From: an uncultured delta proteobacterium
GTDB taxonomy: Bacteria; Myxococcota_A; Polyangia; Haliangiales; Haliangiaceae
Direction: 5' to 3'
Assembly: GCA_963848295.1 (NCBI GenBank)
Contig: CAWKDB010000010.1
Location: forward strand, 768,001 to 832,000
Length of the DNA: 64,000 nucleotides
Below the pieces are notes generated by a model. The model was given only the letters and a program-made list of their open reading frames with translations. It had not been told where the DNA came from and did no database searches. The translations under genes were made by a program, and so were the position numbers. Positions 31,346 through 39,386 of the stretch are shown here, piece by piece; the first letter of the stretch is position 1, and the number at the start of each line of letters is the position of its first letter.

Positions 31346-33262
31346 ATGGGCGCTCGACTGCACGCGGCCGTCGCGGCGCTCGTCGTCGCGTGCGGGCCGC
31401 CGCCGGGCGCGACGCTGCGACTGTCCGAGCTCGAGCTCGCGGTAGAGCGGCGCGATGTCACCGCGGTGCGGGCGATGCTCGATCGCGGCGTTGCGGTCGA
31501 TGCCGCGGACGCCAACGGCGACACCGCGTTGATCCGCGCGGCGATCACCGGCGACGCCGAGCTCGTGTCGCTGCTGCTCGCGCACCACGCCGATGCGAAG
31601 CACGCCGACCGGAACGGCGCGACCGCGTTGCACTTCGCGATCGACGATCGCGCGAAGACCGAGGCGCTGCTCGCCGCCGGCGCCGACCCGAACGCGACCG
31701 ACAACACCGGCTACACGCCGCTGATGACCGCTGCGAATCGCGGCGACGGCGGCGACGTCGTCGAGTTATTGCTAGACCACGGAGCCGATCCGAACCATCG
31801 GGCCGACGACGAGATGACACCGCTGATCCTGGCCGGCGGAGGCGATCTGCGCTCGGTCAAAGCATTGCTCTCGCACGGAGCGGATCCGCGGGCGCACACG
31901 AGCGCCGGGTTCGACGCGCTGCACGCAGCGGTCGTGATCGGCAACACCGAAGCAGCACGCCTCCTTGTCGCTCGCGGCGCCGATGTCAATGCGAAGGCGG
32001 GCCACGGACGGACGCCGCTGATCGAAGCCGCGGAGCAAGGTCGGCCCGATCTCGTCCAGCTGCTGATCGCTCACGGTGCCGATGTCAACGCCCGCGAGAC
32101 GTTCAGCGCGACGACGGCGCTGATGGAAGCGGCGGCCTCCGACCGCGCCGCGCCGTCGGTGATCGACGCGCTGCTCGCGGCCGGTGCGAAGGTCGCCGTG
32201 CGCGATGACGAAGACGCGAGCGCGATCACGTGGGCGTTGCGCCGCGGCGAGCTCGGGCTCGCGACCGCGATCAAGGTGCACGATCCGGCGCACGGCCCCG
32301 ATCGCAACCCGGTGTCTCGCGCGGAGGGTGCGCTCGTCGGCGCGGGCAACACGACGCGAGCCGCGCTCGATCGCGCGATCCGGTTGCTCGAGCGCAGCCA
32401 GCCGGCCTTCCGCGAGCGCGCTGGATGTCCGTCGTGTCATCACGACGCGCTGCCCGCGATGGCGATCGCTCGTGCCGGCGCACGCGGCATCGCGATCGAT
32501 CGCGACGCGCAGTTGACCGAGATGCGCGCGACCGCGGCGGCCCTCCGGCCGCACCGCGACGAGTACGTCGAGGGCGAGGGCTTCGCCGATATCCTCGAGC
32601 CGGCGTACTTGCTCGTCGGGCTCGACGCGAGCGGTTATCCGCGCGACGACCTCACCGACGCGATGACGCGCTACCTCGAGCTCCAGCAACGCGATGACGG
32701 CGGCTGGCGGACGTGGATGCAACGCATCCCGATCGATGGCAGCGACGTCACGCTCACCGCGCTCGCGATCCGCGCGATCACGCGTTACGCCCTGCCCGGC
32801 CGCACCGCCGACACCACGGCGCGAGTCCTGCGCGCGCGCGACTCGCTCGTGCACTCGGTCGCGACCACGACCGAAGACCTGACGTTCAAGGCGCTCGGCC
32901 TGCGCTGGACCGGCGCGATCGGCGACGACCTCGCGACCACGCTCGCGACGCTGGCCGCGACTCAGCGCGACGACGGCGGGTTCGCGCAGCGCAGCGGGCT
33001 CGCGAGCGATGCCTACGCGACCGGCGAAGCGATCATCGCGCTGCGCGACGCCGGCGGCGTTGCCGCGAACGACCCCGCGATCGTTCGCGCGGTGCGATTT
33101 TTGCTCGCGACGCAGCGAACCGACGGCAGCTGGTTCGTCGCGACGCGCGCGCTGCGGTTTCAGCCGTTCCTCGACAGCGGCTTCCCTCAGGGTCGATCGC
33201 AGTACAGCTCTGCGGCGGGCACCGCGTGGGCCGCGATGGCGCTCGCCGCCACGACCGAATAG
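31346..33262 (+). CDS. Ankyrin-repeat protein fused to prenyltransferase/squalene-cyclase-like domain
   Basis: About 8 G.TPL..A ankyrin repeats; CPSCHH; QRDDGGW / QRTDGSW QW-motifs; possible lipobox VVAC. Confidence 0.85.
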   Translation: MGARLHAAVAALVVACGPPPGATLRLSELELAVERRDVTAVRAMLDRGVAVDAADANGDTALIRAAITGDAELVSLLLAHHADAKHADRNGATALHFAIDDRAKTEALLAAGADPNATDNTGYTPLMTAANRGDGGDVVELLLDHGADPNHRADDEMTPLILAGGGDLRSVKALLSHGADPRAHTSAGFDALHAAVVIGNTEAARLLVARGADVNAKAGHGRTPLIEAAEQGRPDLVQLLIAHGADVNARETFSATTALMEAAASDRAAPSVIDALLAAGAKVAVRDDEDASAITWALRRGELGLATAIKVHDPAHGPDRNPVSRAEGALVGAGNTTRAALDRAIRLLERSQPAFRERAGCPSCHHDALPAMAIARAGARGIAIDRDAQLTEMRATAAALRPHRDEYVEGEGFADILEPAYLLVGLDASGYPRDDLTDAMTRYLELQQRDDGGWRTWMQRIPIDGSDVTLTALAIRAITRYALPGRTADTTARVLRARDSLVHSVATTTEDLTFKALGLRWTGAIGDDLATTLATLAATQRDDGGFAQRSGLASDAYATGEAIIALRDAGGVAANDPAIVRAVRFLLATQRTDGSWFVATRALRFQPFLDSGFPQGRSQYSSAAGTAWAAMALAATTE

Positions 33263-33269
33263 CCGGATC

Positions 33270-34421
33270 CTAGTGATGCTCTCTTGCCGGCGAGTTGTGT
33301 TGCGGCGCCGCGTGGCTCTCGCTGTGTGCGGGCGGCGGCGCGTGCGGCGGCGGTGCCGCTTGGTGCATCGGCTGTGCGTGCGACGGCGCCGCTTGATGCA
33401 TCGGTTGCGCGCGCGGCGGCGGTGCCGCTTGGTGCATCGGTGGTGCGTGCGGCGGCGGTGCCGCTTGGTGCATCGGCGGCGCGTGCTCGCCGTGCGCAGG
33501 CGGCGGCGTGTGGGTCTCGGCATGGGCTCCGACCGTCACGCGCGCATCGACCCTCGCGCGGATCTCGGGATGGGTCTGGACCACCTTGGTCTGCATCGTG
33601 TTGATCCTGACGTTCGCCTGCACGCGGTGCTGGTTCTCGACCTCGAACGTCGCCTTGTGCTCCTGGGCATGCGCGACCTGGGCGTGGACCTCGGTCGGCG
33701 TCCACCGGCCGACGACGTGCACATCCGCGCGGACCGGCCGCACGTTGATCTGGTGCGCGACCAGCATCGAGTGCGGCGGACCGACGACGACGCGCGCGTT
33801 GCTCACGGTCGAGTAGTGCTCGATCGGCCGCGCCTCGCGATGGATCGCGATGACGCGCTCGCGTGGCTCGTAGTAGCGGTTGACGTTGACGTCGAGGATG
33901 TGGCCGGCGCCGCAGTAGTGCCACGACTCGATCGGCGGTTGATAGCCGACGCGAACGAAGCCCTCGGGCGCGAGCGGCGCCCAGCCGAAGTGCGTGCCGG
34001 TCTGCCGCCACTCGACCCACGCCGGGCCCCACTGCGTGTCCGGCGCCCACACCCAGCGATTGTACGAATTCGAGTACGCCCAGCGACCGTAGTGCGACGT
34101 CGCCCAACCGAACGGCGAGGCCGACACCCACACGAACCCGAGGCTCGTGTATTGCCAGTGACCGTTGGTGTACGGCACGAAGCCGTCTTGTTGCGGGATG
34201 AACACGCGCCCGGCGTCGGGCTCGTCGACCCACATGCCGTACGGCGAGAGCTGGTCGTAGAACACGTCGACCGAGTCGACCGGATCGCCAGGCGCGGTCG
34301 CGTCATACGCGTCATCGCCGCCGTCGGCGACTCCAACGTTGACGTCGATCCCGGGTTGCGCGACTGCCACGGCGGGCAACGCGGTGAACAACACTCCCAA
34401 CAACAGCTTGCCAATTCGCAT
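33270..34421 (-). CDS. Secreted DUF6600-like protein with His/Pro-rich repeat tail
   Basis: FYDQLSPYG.W, PYTNGHW, FGWATSHYGRW, WGPAWV.W, GWAPLAP; signal peptide from ATG34421. Confidence 0.85.
   Translation of the reverse strand: MRIGKLLLGVLFTALPAVAVAQPGIDVNVGVADGGDDAYDATAPGDPVDSVDVFYDQLSPYGMWVDEPDAGRVFIPQQDGFVPYTNGHWQYTSLGFVWVSASPFGWATSHYGRWAYSNSYNRWVWAPDTQWGPAWVEWRQTGTHFGWAPLAPEGFVRVGYQPPIESWHYCGAGHILDVNVNRYYEPRERVIAIHREARPIEHYSTVSNARVVVGPPHSMLVAHQINVRPVRADVHVVGRWTPTEVHAQVAHAQEHKATFEVENQHRVQANVRINTMQTKVVQTHPEIRARVDARVTVGAHAETHTPPPAHGEHAPPMHQAAPPPHAPPMHQAAPPPRAQPMHQAAPSHAQPMHQAAPPPHAPPPAHSESHAAPQHNSPAREHH
33330..33510 (-). repeat. Coding tandem repeat (about 33-36 bp; PPMHQAAPPPHA-like, about 4 copies)
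   Basis: Recurrent ggcggtgccgcttggtgcatcgg units on the + strand. Confidence 0.85.
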
Positions 34422-34433
34422 GGCCGGATCATC

Positions 34434-34449
34434 AGCAAGTGCCACGCCA
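34434..34449 (-). promoter_or_regulatory. Sigma-54 (-24/-12) promoter candidate
   Basis: TGGCGTGGCACTTGCT (GG-N10-GC); 13 nt between GC and ATG34421. Confidence 0.6.
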
Positions 34450-34516
34450 CTGCAAGCCGCAGCGCGCGCAGATCGCTAACCGTGCGAACTGACTACGCCG
34501 GCCCGGTCGCGGAGAT

Positions 34517-36598
34517 CTACGGTCTGCCAACCGACGCGAAGTAGTTGCGCAGGATCGTCGTCTCGGTGTTCACGGCCGCGAGCGAGCTCTTGCCCTCGCC
34601 CGCGTTGATCGCGACGTCGAGCTTCGTGATGCACTGCGGGCAAGGCAGCTTCGCGATGTGCGGCAGCGCGAGCAGGATGCTCTGGCGAGTGGTCGGATCC
34701 GTGGTCGCGGCCGCGTCGAGCAGCGCGTCGGTATACGAGCTCGCGCTCGCGCCTTGCTTGCCGAGCTCGAGCATCGCGCGCTCGATCGCAGCGGCGACGA
34801 GGCCGCGCTTGTCGTCGTCGGACCAGGTCGCCGCGTCGGGGATGTACTTCGCGACGTTCGCGATCTCCTCGTCGGGCTGGAGCGCGAGGCTCGCCGCGTA
34901 GCACGCGCCATCGTCCTTGCAGCGCAGCGCGATCTCGATGCGCGCGATGTGGCTCTCCAGCATCCGGGCGTACGACAGGTACGCCTTGGCCGCGTCATCG
35001 GCACGCTTGAACGGTGCAACCAGGACCTGTTGCTGCTTCCTCGCCGCTTTGAAATCGTCCTGGAGCTTCTCGAGCGTCGCGTGGTCCGGGCTCTTGGCCT
35101 TCGCCGCGTCGAAGGCCGCTCGCTTAGCGGCGAACGTAGCGTCCGCGGCGTCGGCCGCGTGCTTCGCGGCGGCCGCTCGAGTCGCTTGCTTTGCCGATGC
35201 GTCGAGCTGGGGCTGCGCGAGCTTGTGAAACGTCGCGATGTCTTTCGCATCGCGCGAGATCCGCGCGAGCGCGGTCGCCGCTTCCATCCGGAGGTCATCA
35301 TCGCCGGCGCTGCCGAGCGCGAGCGCGGCGAGCTTGTCGGTGCCGGTGGCGTCACGCGTCACGAACGGGTAGACACTGAGCGCCAGGATCGTATCCGGAT
35401 CGGCCGGCTTGCCCTTGACCCAGTGCTCGCGCACCGGCACCGCAGCCAAGGGCGAGCCGATCTTGCGAAGCGCATCGAACAGCGCGGTGTGCTGGGTCGT
35501 GCCACTCGGCTGATCATCAGCGTAGTACTGCGGCTCGGCCGGACGCTTCAGCGCAGCGAGCAGATCCGGCACGCTCGCCGGGTCGCGAAGATCGCCGAGC
35601 ACGACCGCGGGGTAGAAGTCCTTGGCCGAGACCGGCAGGCAGCTCGCCCCGGTATACTCGCCGTGGTCGCCGCAATATCGGTCGAGGTGCTGGGTCGCAA
35701 ACAGCGCGTTGACGTCGGCGTCGGTGCCGCGCAGCGCCGCGACTAGCACGGCTTGCGCAGCCGGCCCGATCGCGACCAGTGCGCGCCGGCTCATCATCAT
35801 CAGCTCCGGCGACCGATACATCGCGAGCACGAGCGGCTTCGCGGCGCTCGCGGCACGCAGCTCACCCAGCGCGTTGATCGCGGCGCCCGTCGTCTGCAGG
35901 AACATCATGTAACCGTCGACGGAGCCGCGGGCCATCGCCGGGTCCTTCACGGTCCTCGGATCGGGCGGCGGCTCGCGCGAGATCACTCCGACCAGCGCCG
36001 CCGTCGCCCGATCCGCGCCGTCGGCGGAGAACTTGCCGAGCGCACGCAGCGCGGTGACGTGAAGCGCGATCAGGTGCTTGGTCGGAGCCTTGCCGACGAC
36101 GGCGAGCAACGCATCGAGCCCGGCGGGCAGCCTCGCCTCGCCGAGCGCTTTGGCCGCTTCCGTCGCGCTGTCGATCGAGCGCGGGTTCCCGTCGTCGGCG
36201 TCGGCGATCACCTTGGCAAGGAACGGCACTGCCTGGTCCCAGCTCGCCGGCCGGCCCTCGGTCTCGTAGGTGACGAAGTAGCCCTGCTTCGCCTGCTCGG
36301 GCGTCAGCGGGCGCGCCAGCGCGGTGACGAGCTCGACGACCCGCGCCGGCCTGCCGAGCTCGACCCAGGCATCGGCGAGCGGCTGGATCGCCGCCGGATC
36401 GCCGATCTGTTCGAGCACGGAGACCGCGCGCTCCGACATCCGCGGATCCTTGAGCTTCGGAATCCAGGTCTTCGCGGCGAACGGGTCCTCGCCGCCCGAG
36501 CCAGAGCCACGAGCCGCGCTCCCGGTCGTGGCCGGCGCCGCCGACTCCTTCGTTCCACAAGACGCAATGACGAGAGCGAGAGCGAGCACGTCGCGCAT
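34517..36598 (-). CDS. HEAT/armadillo-repeat lipoprotein
   Basis: IASC lipobox; repeated A..ALG.L....A...L HEAT-like units. Confidence 0.78.
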   Translation of the reverse strand: MRDVLALALVIASCGTKESAAPATTGSAARGSGSGGEDPFAAKTWIPKLKDPRMSERAVSVLEQIGDPAAIQPLADAWVELGRPARVVELVTALARPLTPEQAKQGYFVTYETEGRPASWDQAVPFLAKVIADADDGNPRSIDSATEAAKALGEARLPAGLDALLAVVGKAPTKHLIALHVTALRALGKFSADGADRATAALVGVISREPPPDPRTVKDPAMARGSVDGYMMFLQTTGAAINALGELRAASAAKPLVLAMYRSPELMMMSRRALVAIGPAAQAVLVAALRGTDADVNALFATQHLDRYCGDHGEYTGASCLPVSAKDFYPAVVLGDLRDPASVPDLLAALKRPAEPQYYADDQPSGTTQHTALFDALRKIGSPLAAVPVREHWVKGKPADPDTILALSVYPFVTRDATGTDKLAALALGSAGDDDLRMEAATALARISRDAKDIATFHKLAQPQLDASAKQATRAAAAKHAADAADATFAAKRAAFDAAKAKSPDHATLEKLQDDFKAARKQQQVLVAPFKRADDAAKAYLSYARMLESHIARIEIALRCKDDGACYAASLALQPDEEIANVAKYIPDAATWSDDDKRGLVAAAIERAMLELGKQGASASSYTDALLDAAATTDPTTRQSILLALPHIAKLPCPQCITKLDVAINAGEGKSSLAAVNTETTILRNYFASVGRP

Positions 36599-36645
36599 CG
36601 CGCGAAGCTACTACGTGTTACGACACGCGGGATGAGCTGGTCGCG

Positions 36646-37308
36646 ATGAAGAAGCTCGCGTTCCATCCCCTCGATCCGCGCAGCGCGCGCGCCCGCCTCG
36701 TGCTCGCGGCGGCGCTCGGCGTCGTGGCGTGGTTCGTCGAGCCGGCGCGGTTCGCCGCATCGACGCGCGCGGTGATGGCGTGGGACGCCTCGGGCCTGAC
36801 GCTGCTCGTGCTCGGCGTCTTGATCTCGCGGACGACGCCGGAAGGCACGCGCCGCCGCGCCGCCGCACGCGATCCTGGCCGCACGGTCGTCTGGCTCGTC
36901 GTACTCGCGGCGAGCGTGGTCAGCTTGTTCGCCGCCACCGTCGTCGTGCGCGGGTCGAACGACCTGCCTGCTGCCGAGGGACGCCTCGTGCTCGTGCTGA
37001 GCGTCGCGACCGTGTTGATCTCGTGGCTGCTCACCCACACCGCGTTCACGCTGCGCTACGCCCACTTGTACTACCGCGGCGGTCTCGACGACGAAGGCGG
37101 GCTCGATTTCCCCGGCGGTGCCAAGCCGGACGACTACGACTTCGCGTACTTCGCGTTCACGATCGGCATGTGCTTCCAGGTCTCGGACATCACGATCTCG
37201 AATCGCATCGTGCGCCGCACCGTGCTCGCCCACGCGTTCCTGTCGTTCCTCTACAATACGGTCGTGCTCGCGCTCGTCGTCAACCTGATCGTCGGCCACG
37301 CGAGCTAG
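36646..37308 (+). CDS. DUF1345 family membrane protein
   Basis: SWLLTHT.F.L.YAH.YY, PDDYDFAYFAFTIGMCFQVSD, H..LSF.YN. Confidence 0.9.
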   Translation: MKKLAFHPLDPRSARARLVLAAALGVVAWFVEPARFAASTRAVMAWDASGLTLLVLGVLISRTTPEGTRRRAAARDPGRTVVWLVVLAASVVSLFAATVVVRGSNDLPAAEGRLVLVLSVATVLISWLLTHTAFTLRYAHLYYRGGLDDEGGLDFPGGAKPDDYDFAYFAFTIGMCFQVSDITISNRIVRRTVLAHAFLSFLYNTVVLALVVNLIVGHAS

Positions 37309-37316
37309 GCAACTCG

Positions 37317-38372
37317 ATGATCTTTCGCCAGCTCTTCGATCAGGGTTCGAGCACGTACACGTACCTGCTCGCCGACGAGCAGACCCGCGACGCGGTGCTG
37401 ATCGATCCGGTGTTCGAACAGCACCTGCGCGACGCGGCGTTGCTGCGCGAGCTCGGGCTCGCCCTGCGCTACACGCTCGATACGCACTGCCATGCCGATC
37501 ATGTCACCGGTGCGTGGCTGATGAAGGCGGCGATGGGTAGCGAGATCGCGCTGTCGGCGGTGTACGCCGCCGAGCACGTCGACCGCCCGCTCGGCCACGG
37601 CGACACGATCCGCTTCGGCGACTGTTCGCTCGAGGTTCGCGCGACGCCGGGCCACACCGCCGGATGCCTGACGTTCGTCACCGCCGATCACACGACCGCG
37701 TTCACCGGCGATGCGCTGCTCGTGCGCGGTGCCGGCCGCACCGATTTCCAGCAGGGCGACGCCCGCACGTTGTTCCGCTCGATTCACGACCAGCTGTTCA
37801 CGCTCGATGACACTTGCGCGGTCTATCCAGGTCACGATTACGAAGGCCGCACCGCGACGACGATCGGCGAGGAGCGCCGCCACAATCCGCGGATCGGCGG
37901 CGGCGCGCGCGAAGAGGACTTCGTCGGCTACATGACGAACCTCGGCCTGCCTCATCCGAAGCAACTCGCGATCGCGTTGCCGGCGAACCTGCGCGCCGGA
38001 CAGCCCGAGGGCGGCGGCGGCCCGCTGGTCGCGAGCTGGGGCCCGGTGGTCGTGACGTACGCCGGGATGCGAGACATCGCGGCGGAGTGGGTCGCGACCC
38101 ATCGCGACGAGGTGCACGTCCTCGATGTCCGCAGCGGTCCGGAATTCTCCGGCGACCTCGGTCACGTCCATGGCTCGCAATTGATCCCGCTCGACGAGCT
38201 GCGCACGCGCCTCGCCGAGGTCCCGACTGATCGGCCGGTCGTCGTCGTGTGCCAGACCGGCGCGCGCTCGGCGATGGGCGCGACGATCCTCGCGAAGGCC
38301 GGAGTGGACCGCGTCGCGAGCCTCGCCGGCGGGATGATCCGGTGGCGCGAGCTCGGGCTGCCTCGCGAGTAG
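37317..38372 (+). CDS. Persulfide dioxygenase (ETHE1-like)-rhodanese fusion
   Basis: SSTYTYLL, DTHCHADHVTG, TPGHT.GC, GRTDFQ, PGHDY; C-terminal DVR..E...GH..GS and CQTGARS rhodanese loop. Confidence 0.92.
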   Translation: MIFRQLFDQGSSTYTYLLADEQTRDAVLIDPVFEQHLRDAALLRELGLALRYTLDTHCHADHVTGAWLMKAAMGSEIALSAVYAAEHVDRPLGHGDTIRFGDCSLEVRATPGHTAGCLTFVTADHTTAFTGDALLVRGAGRTDFQQGDARTLFRSIHDQLFTLDDTCAVYPGHDYEGRTATTIGEERRHNPRIGGGAREEDFVGYMTNLGLPHPKQLAIALPANLRAGQPEGGGGPLVASWGPVVVTYAGMRDIAAEWVATHRDEVHVLDVRSGPEFSGDLGHVHGSQLIPLDELRTRLAEVPTDRPVVVVCQTGARSAMGATILAKAGVDRVASLAGGMIRWRELGLPRE

Positions 38373-39356
38373 TCAGCGCAGTCGGATCAAGCGCGCGACG
38401 CCGAGCGTCGCCGATAGCTCGAGCCGCGAGTCCGAGTCGCCGAGGCGATGCTCGCCGGCCGCGAGGTCGAACGTGAACGCCCAGCGCGGGCTCATCGCGA
38501 ACCAGATCCCGGCGCGCCCCGTCGCGGTCCAGCCGGTCGCGTCCCACGGCGTGTAGCCCGCGAGCGCGGTCAGCTGCACTGCGGCGAGGCCACCCGCGAA
38601 CGGCTGTCGCAACACGACCGCGGCGTCGAGATCGAGCGGTGCCTGCCGCGGCTCGAAGCCGAGCCACGGTCCGACGAGGACGTGGTCGCCGAGCGGAAAC
38701 AACGCGCCGAGCGCCGCGATGCCGGTGCCGTGGCTCACGCCGCTTTCGCGGATCGCGCCGCCGCCGAGCTCGAGCCGGATCTGCGCGCGATCGACGGCCG
38801 CGAACCCGGGCGCTGCGGCGGCCTCGCCCGCGGTGCCGAGGGTGCGATCGAGGATCGCGAGCAGCTCGGGCGCGCCGACGCGATCATCTTTGACCGACGC
38901 GATCTTGCGATAGGCGATCCGACCGTCGCGGCCGATCACGGTGACACCGGGCAGCGCCGCCGAATCCGACGACATCCCGGCGTACGCTCGCGACACCGCG
39001 CCATCGGCGTCCGATAGCAGCGGAAACCAGATCCCGAGGTCGGCCGCGAACGCGCGCGAATCCTCGGGAGCGTCGAGGCTGATCGCGAGCAGCGTCACGC
39101 CGCGCGTGCGGAACGCCGCTTGGTTACGAGCCAGCTCGCCGAGCTGGTACTTGCACCACGGTCACCAATAGCCGCGATAGAACACGAGCGCGACCGGACC
39201 GTGCGCGAGCTCGTCGCCGAGCGTCACCGTGTGGCCATCCTGCGCCGGCAGGGCGAACGGCGGCGCGACCGAGCCGACCGTGACGGTCGCGGTCGACACG
39301 ACGTGCAAGGACGTCACACAACCGGAGGCGGCAAGAGCGTAAAGGGCGGTGCGCAC
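38373..39356 (-). CDS. Putative selenoprotein: lipoprotein signal + AhpC/TSA (peroxiredoxin-like) UxxC domain + beta-barrel-like C-terminal domain (327 aa, Sec at codon 65)
   Basis: Track ORFs 39162-39356 and 38373-39098 are in one frame, separated only by TGA at 39162-39164. Read-through gives VFYRGYW-U-PWCKYQLGEL...LLAISLD. Confidence 0.88.
39131..39147 (-). promoter_or_regulatory. Candidate bacterial SECIS hairpin
   Basis: CCAGCTC-GGC-GAGCTGG; stem starts 14 nt after the UGA; loop starts with G, 21 nt from the UGA. Confidence 0.7.
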
Positions 39357-39386
39357 GCGATCAGTGTCTCACGTGATCGACGCCGG

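Noticed and set aside
31346..33262. Squalene-hopene cyclase
   Set aside because: Only one barrel domain and no DxDD catalytic motif.
38373..39356. Two separate genes or a nonsense pseudogene
   Set aside because: The stop is UGA precisely at the redox Cys position with a hairpin downstream and an intact frame; recoding is more parsimonious, though Sec machinery is not visible in this window.
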